Shown: positions 52,130 through 64,000 of the stretch, piece by piece | How positions within the stretch are numbered: the stretch's first letter is position 1 | Layout: every line of letters begins with the position of its first letter | Program-made: the position numbers and the translations under genes | DNA from: Camelus dromedarius | Lineage: Eukaryota | Direction of reading: 5' to 3' | Assembly (NCBI RefSeq): GCF_036321535.1 | Contig: NC_087436.1 | Location: 45,324,001-45,388,000 of the forward strand | Length of the DNA stretch: 64,000 bases | The notes under the pieces: model-generated | Database searches by the model: none | The model's input: the letters and a program-made list of their open reading frames with translations, nothing else | Told to the model about the DNA's origin: nothing

Positions 52130-54095
52130 TAGATAGTTTTCCCCTTCATTTTTGAAAGTCATTTTCACCGGATGGACAGCTTTTATCTTTCAGCACCATT
52201 TCTAAGATACTGTTCTACTGTCCTTTGATTACACAATTTCTGACAAAAAGTCTGTTGTCAGTCTTCTCTTTGTTATTGTCTATGTAATATTTTTTTCCTG
52301 CTGGTTGCATTGAAATTTTTCTCTTTATTTTTTTTTCAGCTGTTTGACTATGACATGCTGTGTGTGTGTGTGTGTGTGTGTATTTATCCTGCTCAAGGTT
52401 CTCTGTGCTTTTTAGGTTTGTAGGTTGTCATTTCAGAAAATTTGGGCATTATCTCTTTAAATAATTCTTCCTTGTTCTCTCTCTTCTTTGTAGAAATCTA
52501 TTTGTATCCACGTTAGTCTGCTGTCTCACAGCTCTTGGATGCTCTTTTCTGTTTTATCACTCTTTTTGTATATTTGGGTTTAATTTCAGATAATTTCCAT
52601 TTTCGTATCTTTAAAGTCACCAATTCTTTCCTCAGCTGTGCTTATTAGAGCAATTCTTAATCTCTTATATCACAATTTTTTTCGATTTGGCATTTTTTAT
52701 AGTTTCCATTTCCTTTCTGAGATTCCCCATCTGTTTGTGCATGTTACCCACCTTTTCCACAATATACTTTTCCAAATTATTCATAGTTATTTTAAAGTCC
52801 TTATGTGAAGTCCAACATCTGGGTCATTGCGTCTGATTCTGTTGATTGATTTATCTCTACAATGTATCAATTTTTCCTTGCTATTTTGAGTCTCATAATT
52901 TTTTTTAGTACATTAAGTACATTATGTTTTGAAGAACAATAGACCTTGAGGTAAATAGCATCAGATCTAGAAATAGTCCCTCTTCTTCTGTTAGGCTATT
53001 AACATGGGATATTGAATCAATCTAGTCAGTATTTAAGCAAGATTTAGGTTTTGTTATTGCTATTGTTACCCTCAGTGAAATGAGAGGCTTCAAATTCTTC
53101 CTGCAGTGGCTTGTCATTACCTTGTCCTTTGTGTGGGGCTTGGGGTACTGAGGGTTTTTCTTGGTATTTCTTCTCCACCTTCACTCACTCTTGCTTACCT
53201 GCCTCAGTCCATGATCTTGCCCCTTTCCTAGTTGCTGTTGCTTATTACTCAGTGGTGGACTTGTAGTGAGGGCAGGGAAAGTGCTTGGTTTTCCTGGTCC
53301 AGCCTCAGTCTCAGGAAGTGTACCTAGACTTCAAAAGTGTGTCCTTCTGGGTAGTCATTCCCTTTTCTTCTGCGGCAGCCAAACCTTGCCTTGAATCTGT
53401 GGTGGGGTTTAGGTAGGAGAAATATTCCTTCCCCTCCCCCAACAAGAGCAAACCTCTACTTTTTATTGTTGCAGAATACTGGCCCAAGGGAAGGTATCTT
53501 CTGTTTCTGCCCTCCCTACAGAAGCAACGGGTCTGTGCCTAGTTCTTGGGGGCAGGAAGATTTGCTACCCCCTCCCCAAATGTCCTAGGAGTGAGAATGT
53601 CTGCTGCCCTTCCTTCAGCAGCTTAAGCTTTTTATGAGAGGAGGATCCATGGAAGCAGGCAGTGTTTTGTGCCTGTCCCTCAGAGTCGCCAGGTCACCAG
53701 TGCAGTCCTGTGCCATTGAGGGGGGCTTGTTCTCATCTCCTGCCTGGCCCTTAATCTCCCTTGCAAGCTTCTGGTGGAGGCTTGCCAGGAAAGCATGCAA
53801 GTGAATACAACCTTCCCTATGCCTGGCACTTCCTGTTGTTCTGTTGTTCCTGTTGATATGCTGACCCACTGTCAGCCTTTAAGAATTTGTTCATTTTTTT
53901 TTTTCTGATTTTTTTCTTACTCACTTCTATTGGAACCCCTCTCTACCTCCCTCCCCCTATGCTTTGCCAAAGATGAGTCAGTTTGTGTATCCTTGTCTCT
54001 CAGAGAGGCTTTTCCCTCTGGAGTTCATTTCCCTTGGTTGCCTCCTTACCTCGACTCTCAAAGTTATGATTTTGTAGATAATTCTGGTTTTTTAT
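52130..54095 (-). mobile_element. Ancient L1M 5'/ORF1 region, with (TG)n at 52359-52383
   Basis: ttcatttttgaaagtcattttcac...ttatctttcagcac...tttctgacaaaaagtctgttgtca...gttattttaaagtcc...tccaacatctggg. Confidence 0.7.
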
Positions 54096-54477
54096 TGTTG
54101 TTTTTAGAAACCAAAACATTTGTTATTTTAATATACTCATCAATAAAAATGAGAAAAGGTAATTTTAAAAGTGGACACCTCTGTAGTTGGCTGACTAAAG
54201 TGCAGTTACTGAAATCTGAGAATTTGATTTCAGGATAAATAAATAGCTAAGTCATGTTGGGGACTGGTATCCATAAAGGGGAAGGTTTCTTCAGCTGTGG
54301 TTAGAAGAATAGAGCTTGTGAGAGCCACATCGGCATGTCTTTCTGGGATTCATACAGAGAGAATATTGTTGCCCATCCTTCCAGCCTACCTACTTTATAT
54401 AATCTAAAAGGCTATTTTTTCTTCCAAGCATTGTTGTGCTATTTTTGAGAATTACAAAGATGTCCTCTATTTGCTTT

Positions 54478-55310
54478 ATGTGGGTCCCAGCAGACAGAAA
54501 TGTCACACCGAAACAGGGTAATTTAAGAAGAGGAGTTAATAAAGGGATGCTTTACAAAGGCATAAGCAGCGTGTAGAGAAGTTACCAGGGAGAGTGCTGT
54601 ACTGCAGTGTCACAACAGTAGGGCTCTGCTACCCTCAAGGGCTGAAAGGGAGAGGAGAGGGACGAGCTGGAGAAAATTTGAAGAAAAAGAGAGCCGTGAC
54701 CATATGATATCACTTACATGTGGAATGTAAAATATGACACAAATGAACTTATTTAGGAAACAGAAACAGACAGACATAGAAAGCGAACTTATGGTTACCA
54801 AAGGGGAAAGGGGGTGGAGGAGGGATAAATTAGGAGTTTGGGATTAGCAGATACAAACTACTATATATAAAAAAGATAAACAAGATTCTACTGTATAACA
54901 CAGGGAACTACATTAAATATCTTGTAATAAACCAAAATGAAAAAGAATATAGATACATGTATATAACTGAATCACTTTGCTGTACACCAGAAACTAATAC
55001 AACATTGTAAGCCAACTATACTTCAATTTTAGAAAAAGAAAAAGAAAAAGAAAAAAAGAGCTATGTAGACAGGGCCACCTAACTGGCATTGTGACCTTTG
55101 GTTTCTGGGTGCAGCTTGTCCCTGGGGACCCCAAAAGGAGGGATCTAAGGGAACAAATACTTCAACCTCACTGTGCTTCTTTCTGACCTTCTGCCAGTGG
55201 TCTCCGTGGGCTGTCTCCATCCAGAAGTAATGATGTGCCCATCCAGATGAGCGTCCCATGGCACAGAGCAGTGGGAAAGGTGGAGAATGTATCTGGAGAG
55301 GCACATAAGG
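54478..55310 (-). mobile_element. ERVL-class (LTR33-like) LTR split by an L1 insertion
   Basis: gggtcccagcag...gagttaataaaggga before the L1; gggaacaaatacttcaacctcact...cttctgccagtgg after it. A related copy lies at ~57060-57390. Confidence 0.5.
54698..55057 (+). mobile_element. 5'-truncated L1 3'UTR (cetartiodactyl type) with (GAAAAA)n tail
   Basis: aaaggggaaagggggtggaggagggataaattaggagtttgggattagcagatacaaactac...aactatacttcaat. Approximate TSD aaaaagagagccgtg / aaaaaaagagctatg. Confidence 0.92.
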
Positions 55311-56529
55311 TCTCCTGCATATTTGGGGACTCTGGATGGGGCATGGAAACTCTCCCTTGTTCAGTTTTTCTACCTTATTTTGTAGATAATAGTACTTTTC
55401 AGCCTCTTTGTTACTTCTTGGAAAGACTTTTAACAAGGTGTATTTGTTTGTTTTGTTGACCTGATAGTGCTGGTTAAAGAAACACCATAACATCGTACCA
55501 GAGGACCTTCTTCAAAGAATGAATGAATTATAGGAGACCAACAGTCACTGAATTAGGATGAGCTAGTCAGTCATTAGGGATCATCTGGCTCTTCCTGAAC
55601 CCTTACTGGATCAGTCTCTAAGCTGGCTGCAGGAGCCTCCATCCTCTCCCCTTGGTGCTTGGGAAATCCTGTAAGGAAGACTGTATGGCACGCAGCTGCC
55701 TGAATCAGGTTGAAGTACAGTCAGGGTTTCCCTGTGGGTGACTTTATGTGTCCTGTACCCCATTCTCTCCATCCCGAGTCTCAGGGTGGGGTGATGACCC
55801 TTAAGTTTCAGAAAAATCAAAATTAGCTCCTCAGCAGAAAAGGCTGGAGACCCTGGGGGAGATTGATCAATATATCTTGCCAAAGTCAGAGGAAATGTAA
55901 GTTATTTTAAGCCAAACTTACAGGCAGCCCATGAGGAAAGGAGGCAGTTCTACAAACAGCAGCAGGTCCTGCCTAGAATGACCAAGTAAGGGACAAATCA
56001 TGAAGGAACCTGCTATGAGCCACAAGGAGATTCCACAGCCTTGCCTGTGCACTGCACAATCAGAAGGAGCTTTTGAATATGAGAGAGAATGATATCAGTC
56101 GTGGAGGGGACGGGATACACAAAGATACAAAGTGCTCTCCCAGTGGATATATGCAATCCATCTTAGCAGAATCACCATCTTACCTTTTAACCAATCTGAT
56201 TATCAGTCACAGAACTGTTATGATCAGTGGACATAAGATTGTGTGCCAGAAAAACCTGAAATAGGAAATGTATATTTGTTTTGCTCCATATACTTCTATA
56301 TTGTTTGACTCTTTCAATGAAAATTTCATTTAATGTTTGTGTAATTAAGAAGGAATGTTTCTATATCTTTACAAACACTACACAGAATATGGTGGTTCTT
56401 AATTCTATTTATGCATCAGACCCACCTGTTCTCATGGACTGAATATCTGTGTTCCCCCCAAATACATATGTTGAAACCCTACCCCTCCTCAAATATGATT
56501 GAACGAACTAACTCAAGCCAAACTGCCTG

Positions 56530-56720
56530 TCGGGTATTGGCTGTGTGATGTTAGGCCAGTTATTTAATCTCTCTGAGCCTCAGATTCTCATGTGTAAAAT
56601 GAAAAAATACTAGTACCTAACTTATGGAGTTGTTGTAAATGTTAAATGCGTTGTTTTGTGAATTGCTCAGACCAGAGCCTGGCACATAATACAGTGCCAT
56701 ACTAAGTATTTACTATTTTT
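56530..56720 (+). mobile_element. MIR SINE
   Basis: ggctgtgtgatgttaggccagttatttaatctctctgagcctcagattctcatgtgtaaaatg. Confidence 0.85.
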
Positions 56721-57449
56721 ATTTTTTATTCATTTCAATGGTAGACAAGTCCAGCCTGACAGAGTGAGAGTCTGAGTTATAGAAAGCAGTTAAAGAAGCA
56801 AGCATAATTTTATTCTTTACCACAGCTCATTGTATACTGCTGACAAAAGAATTAGGAGCCATTTTAATCTTGGTCTCAGGTAGCAAATTTAAGGTAGATG
56901 TGCTAATTCCTTAGGGAGTTTGGCCTTGGTTATGAAAAAATAAACAGCCATGTGCAATTTCTGTTCTACAGATTCTGTTTCAATCTCTTATCCTTGAACA
57001 CTCATGTTCTTTATTTCTTATTCCTAAGTTCCTTATTTCTACCTGCACCCCAGCTCTGGCCAGGGAATAGAAAAACCATAAGGGATGGAGCAGTACCTCA
57101 GGCCATTAGGATGGGGACTCGTTACATTTCTGAGCCTAAAAGGACTGAAGGACATGGGTAGCTGCTGAAACCTGAAGCTATGGGAAAACACTGCTTTTAA
57201 AAAGCTGTGCTCTTTAACAAAGGGAAGGGCTAACTTCTAGTAGCCATTGAGAAAAAGTTGGAGAATAAATACCCCAACCTCACTTCCCTCCCGCTCATCC
57301 TCTTCGACCAAATCCAACTTAGTTCCCTGGGGCACTGAACAGGTAGAGGATAGAGAGTGGATGTGGAAGAGCCAAACTGATGCTCCCAAGCATAACAAAT
57401 TTGTATTGAATGATTCCTACATTAAGATATTCTTCTAAATTGTGAGAAG

Positions 57450-57810
57450 GCATTCAAAGATAAGTTCAACACAGGCTTGCCCTCCTAGATCTTACAGACC
57501 AGTAAGTAAGATACACTATATCCATAAATAACTAAAATGTGAATAGACATTTCTCCAGAGTGACTTCAAGTGCTGTGGGAGTATCAGAGAAGGAGAGTTC
57601 AGAGGGGTGATGGTGGGCATTGGACAAACAAAGGCTTCATGGGGAAAACAGAATTTATATTAAGACTTAAAAGATGAGTAGAATTTTGGGATAAGGTGAT
57701 GAGCACTTTAGATAGAGAAACTATCATGAAGTGAGAAATCTTGGGGCACAGAGTCAAAAGAGCCAATGGGGAGGGAAATCTTGATAAATAAGGTCAGAAA
57801 TGTTTTGGGG
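57450..57810 (-). mobile_element. L2 fragment
   Basis: aagtgctgtgggagtatcagagaaggaga...aaggcttcatgg...agacttaaaagatgagtagaa. Confidence 0.6.
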
Positions 57811-60800
57811 CACAGTTTCAGATGGTAAACTTCTTCAAAACAGGAGATTAGTTCATCTTGAACTTCATGATGGGATTGTAAAGCTTATATAAGTGAAAAC
57901 TAAATAGTTTTTAATTATTTGGATAATCCACTAAGCAAATGATCAACTTTAACCCAAAATCATTCTTACAGCAAAAAGACATGGATTGACAGGGCATTGG
58001 TTGAATGAGAACCAGGGCATTGGGTAAATAAGTTTCATTCACATTGTATTGAATAAGGAGTAGTTTTCAAAATCTCCTCTTCTCTTATTATGCAAAACTG
58101 TGCAATATTTATACTGTAATATGTATATGAAAGAAGACCTGGGTTGTAAGCTTGATCTTTAGTTGGAGCAAATTTTACTACCCTCTTATTATTTCTCAGG
58201 ATTTCAGGGCAAGATCCATACAGTTAGAAAAAGGGAGCAGAAAATATCTGAAGGAATTTTCTTTTTTTAAATTTGGTTGGACTGAGGGTGGGGGGAGCAG
58301 TAGGAAATAGTAAGTTATGTGGAAACTATTTTAGCTTTGGAATCAAAATCCATAAGCCTCAAATTCCATCAACTGTATGGTCTTAGTTCCATAACCTTTC
58401 TGAACCTCAGTTTCTTCTATCAACCTATGAAGTGGAGGATTAACAGGGTGCCTGCCTATGGTTGTGCGCACTGAATCCTGCACGCCTTCTGGGGCTGCAA
58501 TGCCCATCCTGGTTTAGCAGATGTCCTACAGGGATAGCATAATGCCTGCAACAGTTTTCAGAGGATTCATTCTCATGGGGCAGTCTGATCATGATATTCT
58601 CAAAAATCTCAAATTCCTCTCCATTTCCTATTAAGAAGATTTTAAACTTGTATTTGTCAATAGTGTCTGAAGATTGAACAAAAACTACTTTCTGGGATAT
58701 CCTCTCCAATTTGCTTCTTTTCAAGAACACCTGTCTTCAGTTTAATAACATCACTTAGTGTTCCCAATACTCACTATGTTATTTTCTATTTCTGTACCTC
58801 TTTTCATGCATTTTCATGCCCCTGGAATTCCCTGCTTTTCCATGTTTTCTTATACCTCAAACTTACTGGTTCTTCAAAGCTCAATCTAAAGTATACCCAT
58901 TCCTTGAAGTCTTCCCTGATTCTCTTTCCCAGCTGGAAACCATCTCTCTCTATGAATTGCCCAGTCTTGTCCCTACATATGCGTCTGAGAGGTCTGCCTT
59001 GAACAATTGTTTTTATTCACATGTCTTATCATGCCTGCGAGATTGGGAGCAGAGTAAGAAGATCCACATGTGAATCATCACTGTGTTCCCCACAACATGG
59101 AGCCCCCTGCCTTGCACTTAGTGGGTGTGCCGGTTCATCTGGGCTCAGCTTGGCATCACTGCCACCCCTCTAAGGTCTCCATTGTGAGAGAAGTTGAGAA
59201 CTACATTTCCCAGAATCCTGTTGCAAAGGGAGGCACTAACACAAGGTTTAGAAGAGAAGAGGCCATTATTTTCTGGAGGCAGTTGCAGGCAGATACCAAG
59301 CATTTCTGAGGCTCTAAGCAGCTTCCAGATGAGCTTCCTAAGAATCATCTGCATCAGCCCTGCAGCCTGAGGGGTCAGTGGGACCCTCCTGGAGGTTCTT
59401 TAACAGTCAGATAGTCTTTGGTGCAAGCCCATAAGAACCCTGGGGTGCTACAGTTTGAAATATTCACTACCAGCTTCCCTAACCTTGGTTATCTTCCAAC
59501 CATTGTGTAAGCCTCTAATTCCTGGCATTAAATATGTTCATACTTGGAATATATTGAGTGATATCTGTTTTCATCCCTAAACCCTTATTTGTTCAATAAA
59601 TATTTGAGGAATGAGTGAAAAAATTCTGTTGCATTGAGAAGTTAGTAAATATTTCACTTAGGTTCATCATTCAAGGGAAAAAGAAGCTAACATCTATTGT
59701 GAATTGATTATGTGGCAGGCAATTTCCTCTGCAGTATTTACCACCTCCCAGTAATCCTGAGAGATTAGTATCATTGTCCACATTTTATACATGAGGACAT
59801 GAAGAGAAGAGAGTCAAAAAGATACTCTGACCCACAAGCTAGTTAATTTTCCATTCTACGATGTTGCTTTTGTGTGTATCAACTTAGTGTATAACTGTAG
59901 ATAATCACAAACAACTTCAAAAACCATTTGAACCCAAAAATCAGCCAAAATTTTTAGGGCAGTTTTTCCTGCTTACAACAATAAATCTGAATTTCCCCTC
60001 AATTATACCATTGAGTAGGCTACCTATAACTAATGGATTTGATTTAAATATTTGAGTCCATTTTCCTTTAATTATTTAAGTAACATATGCTTACATATTG
60101 CTAAGAATAAGTACTTTTTATAGCAGGTGAAATAGCAAGGTTAGAATTTGAGGTGAGGTTGGTTTATATGTTCAAAATAGAAGGACACTGTACAATAAAA
60201 GGCCAAGCAATATATTTTATTATTTACAGTGTAATTACCCACCAGTATCTGTTGAGATCCTTTGGAGCTCATCCAGTAACTACTTCTTCTTGACCTTATG
60301 GGAATGCTGGAGACTTTGATCCTAAATACAATCACCTGAAATGCTTTTCATCAATTTATTGTTCATTGCAAATTATTTAGAATATTTTAGATTGTGCAAT
60401 TTTATGTGTGCTTATAAACATTATAGTCATACCGTAAATAGTTTTCTATGCTTAACAATAATGTTTGTTAATGTGTTAGATTTAAAACAGGAACAGATAA
60501 TGTTATCAAAATGATAGTGGTAGGAAAATACGTAGTAAGTCAATGAATTTCAGAAAAATCTTATTCAGGAAGAAAGTTAATAAGTTAATACTTAACATTT
60601 TGCTAAAATATTGGAAGCCCACAAGGGATTATTTTTGGCCTTGATTATTCTTTTTGTACTAATTTTGGATAAAGAAAGGATGCTTCCTTGAAACAAGAAA
60701 AAGAAGCTGATTTTATTTCACATGACAGAGTTCTTATATTTGCAGATAAACAATTATAGCTCAGATTAGATATGTGACTTTTTAATTTTTAATTCTACTA

Positions 60801-61545
60801 GAATTAGATGTTTGCTGAGACAAAAATGTCGATTTAAATTTCCAGAGAAATGATAGATTGTTGCTCAAAAGTATATCTTGTTTTATTATCATGACTTCAA
60901 ATCTATTTTGAGTTTTCATTTGCTTCAACTTTTTAAAAAGTTGATGTGACTTAACAGTAAATTTTGGATGAATAAGCCAGTCTCACATTTAAAAACAATA
61001 TGGTCAATTAAAATAACTTAATCAGAAAAACATACAATGATTCAGAATTTAAATCTTCAGAAAACAAATGGCTCACCTTGCCTTATCAGGTTCTTTTTGA
61101 AGAATAATGACATTTATTAAAAAAAAAAAGAGAGAACACTAATTCTGCGTGCCTGTACTAAAGTAAAATAAGTTCCAGAAGCACTTCAATCATAATGTTT
61201 AGTTAATCGAACATTAACTTGGCCCAGAGTTTGGTGTAACATCCACCTTGAGACCCTTCTAAATTTTGTCATCTTGGACTGAATCATAACTGATTGGTTT
61301 ATCAACACATACAATTCAGATAGTTCTGAATAAGGTTGGCTCCTTAAAAGACCTAAGATAATTTAATGAAATTAACACGTAACATTCGGGTTTATAGATG
61401 AGGCAAAGAACATTATTTATTTAGAAAGAGAAAACTTATCACTTTCTGGTGGAGAAAAAGAAAGATTTAAATAGAAAATGAAATTAGTAATAAAGAAAAA
61501 CAAAGCCCCTTTTATTAGCTTGATCATGAAAAAGAAGCCTGAGAA

Positions 61546-62297
61546 TGTTGCTGGTAGATGTAACTGGTGTCCAGGCTCTTGTCCCATCCCAGACATAATT
61601 CAGAGACAAGACATGGAGGTTAAGAAAGTAAAGTGGGGATTTATTAAGGGGTAGATAGTATACTCTTTTTTTTTTTTTTTAATTGTATGCAATTTATTTA
61701 TTTATTTATTTAATAGACTTTATTCTTTTAGAGCAGTTTCAGGCTCACAACAGAATTATACTCTTAAGGGGAGAGCGGGCAGGCTCAGGTGAGAAGCTGC
61801 CCTGAGTTCTTTGGCAAGTTGGTTACATAAGGTGTAAAGATGAATGGGTGGAGTATTCACTGAGAACGGAAGGGTTTGGGGTCATAGTCCCTGATTTTCA
61901 TCCCAACTCCACCTTCCTGAAGGGAGGAGGGATTTTGTCCTTATTTAGTCTGGATCAGAAGTGTCATGGAGTTGGTGCATGATGAGTACTTCTAATCTGC
62001 AAGGCGAATTTTATTGAAATGAGGGCATAATGAGCAAAAGGTTACATTCAGACACTGGAGATTCCTGCCTTTTCCCACCTTTCTCTGTAAGTCTCTGGGC
62101 TGCTTTTCATCCCCAAAAGGTGTGACGACTTATCAGCCCAAAGGTTCCTGCTTTTCTTTCTCTGCCCAGGGATCCCTGTGTTTACATGATGTATGGTTTC
62201 CTGTATTTGGCCTGTGCCCCTTCTTTCTGCCCAATTCCTGCCATTTGGCTGCGTCCCCATTTCTCTACTCGTATCTAGCTCTCTGCCTGCTCTAACA
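61546..62297 (-). mobile_element. ERV solo LTR (ERV1-like, 4-bp TSD)
   Basis: Termini TGTTG...TAACA; identical flanks AGAA at 61542-61545 and 62298-62301; AATAAA on the minus strand at ~61640-61645. Confidence 0.85.
61668..61756 (-). mobile_element. Short polyadenylated retroposed insert inside the LTR
   Basis: Pure T-run; perfect TSD TATACTCTT at 61659-61667 and 61757-61765; body resembles an ancient L1 3' terminus. Confidence 0.85.
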
Positions 62298-62764
62298 AGA
62301 AGACAGACCTGCTAGAAACACAGTGAACTCTTATGGAGGAAGAAGAATGTGGGAATATAAAAATGTATTTTTCCTCCTCTCTGTTTATAATTCAGCTTAT
62401 CCTTAAAGGCCACTCTCACAAAAGCATAAACTTTACAATATATTTGCATACTGGCACATATACTTGTCTTTTTATAACAATGGTATATGTTTATTACTGC
62501 CAAGAAAAAGAAAGAAAAAGGAAAAGCAACTGGAGACAAAAGGGGAAAATAGAGAACATTTATAATTCCACTTACAGATCATTATCTTCAATTCGGTGCA
62601 CCCACTCTAATGCATTTTCTTTACCTTTTCATAAAAATTTTTAATTCCAAAATACAGATATATTCATTTTCACCATGAATATGATCATATAAAACATAAT
62701 TTTTTGTAAAATGCTTTCTTCCATATAATCATCATGTGAAGGCAGCAAAAAGTTGAGAGAAGCA

Positions 62765-63010
62765 GACAGTGCAGGGTGAAGCCACAGACTCTAGAGACAA
62801 ACTGCCTGTCATTGTGTCCTGGCTCTGCTGTGTGCTAGCTGTGCGATCTGGGACAAGTACTTAACTGCTCTGGGCCTCAGCTTTGTCATCTGTAAAATGG
62901 GGGTAATAATATTATTATTATATTAACATTTTATACTGTATTATATTACATAATGTTAAAGGATTAAATGGCTCATAGCTTTTGAAGTGTTTAGAACACT
63001 GTACATAATA
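62765..63010 (+). mobile_element. MIR SINE
   Basis: tcctggctctgc...agctgtgcgatctgggacaagtacttaactgctctgggcctcagctttgtcatctgtaaaatgggggtaataat. Confidence 0.88.
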
Positions 63011-63309
63011 ATCCTACATAAGTATATATAGTTTATTTAATCAAAATATCTTGATAAGCATTTAAATTAAAACTTTTCTGCTAATACAGCCAATTTTGTA
63101 ATTGATAGTTTTTTACATGTCTTTGCACATTTGCTCAATTATTCCTTGAGATAAATTCCTAGAAATAGAATTGCTGTGTCGAAAGATGTGCACCTTTTTA
63201 ATTCTGGTGAAAAAAATTACAAGAAAAAATTGGCACATCATAAAGAATATGCAGATTTTCACTCCCTCTGAGTAGTACTGAATCTAAATGTGGTCATGTG
63301 TTTTGAAAT

Positions 63310-63485
63310 CTACTTCTCAAATGTTAATCTTCATAAGAATCCCCTGGGAGCTTATTAAAATAGTAAATTCTCAAAACTCGCCCACAGAGATTCAATAGAT
63401 CTGGGGTGAATTCTTGGAATCTGCATTTTTAAAACACAAGCTTAGGTTATTCTGATTCAGGTGGCCAACCGATTGAAAAATACTG
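63310..63485. mobile_element. MER5A-like hAT-Charlie MITE
   Basis: ttctcaaa...agaatcccctgggagcttattaaaa...ggaatctgcatttttaa...gttattctgattcagg...ttgaaaaatactg. Confidence 0.75.
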
Positions 63486-64000
63486 CAGATTCTCTTTGGC
63501 AGCTCTGCTGGCACTGACAGCCACAACCCCACTGAGGTGATAGTCAGGTTCAGCAGAGATAATTCAACAGGAGCTGTTCAGAAAATACCATATTTTACAA
63601 GCCAACTATTAATACATGTGATTTTTTCCTTTATATGGCACAAAAAGTTAACTCTTTTTAAAGCCACCCCTCCAAATTTCAACAGCTAAAGCAGATTTTA
63701 CTATTTTGCCAATTTGCATATTTCCATTAATGACAAATGACTGTGTTATCTCCAAACCTTCTCATACATAAATTTTCCAGTGAAGAGCTCATCATTCCAA
63801 ATGGAATAGCTTTTATTCCACCAACATGTCTAACTTCTCTATAGTATGCCAAAGTACAAAACAAAGCAAAACAAAACCAGTTTTCCACGTGTGACACAGT
63901 CTGAAGTTAGCGGTTTGGGATGCACTCAGTTTTTGCACATGTAAGCCTTTTTGGTGGGGGTGTGTACTGCGATTTATATTTTCTTAAGCTACCAGCCTAA

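Noticed and set aside
1..64000. tRNA, rRNA, snRNA, CRISPR arrays, processed pseudogenes, prokaryotic-type systems
   Set aside because: None recognised by eye; the DNA is mammalian intron and intergenic sequence. Highly decayed copies could be missed without covariance-model or BLAST searches.

Overview
Mammalian, AT-rich genomic DNA, not prokaryotic. It holds the 5' end of ENPEP (glutamyl aminopeptidase / aminopeptidase A, M1 zinc peptidase) on the minus strand. Coding exon 1 is 24183-23555, exon 2 is 10100-9959 and exon 3 is 7935-7804; all have canonical GT-AG sites and consistent phases, and the gene continues beyond position 1. About 40 kb of upstream intergenic DNA follows. Most of the rest is transposon fossil (L1 of several ages, L2, MIR, MaLR/ERV LTRs, hAT MITEs) plus microsatellites, and almost all other ORFs in the track are L1 remnants or noise. 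The protein and L1 3'UTRs look cetartiodactyl, and I saw no Bov-tA/BovB, PRE-1 or CHR SINEs, so a camelid is my tentative guess. I found no convincing new multi-gene system. The most unusual observations are: (1) an ~89-bp polyadenylated insert made from an ancient L1 3' end, sitting with a perfect TSD inside a younger solo LTR; (2) a tail-less internal L1 ORF2 fragment flanked by a perfect 13-bp duplication; (3) an L1 with ORF1 fused directly to the ORF2 RT region; (4) an in-frame 4-codon uORF just before the ENPEP start. Repeat family names come from recalled consensus sequences, and repeat boundaries are approximate unless a TSD is given.
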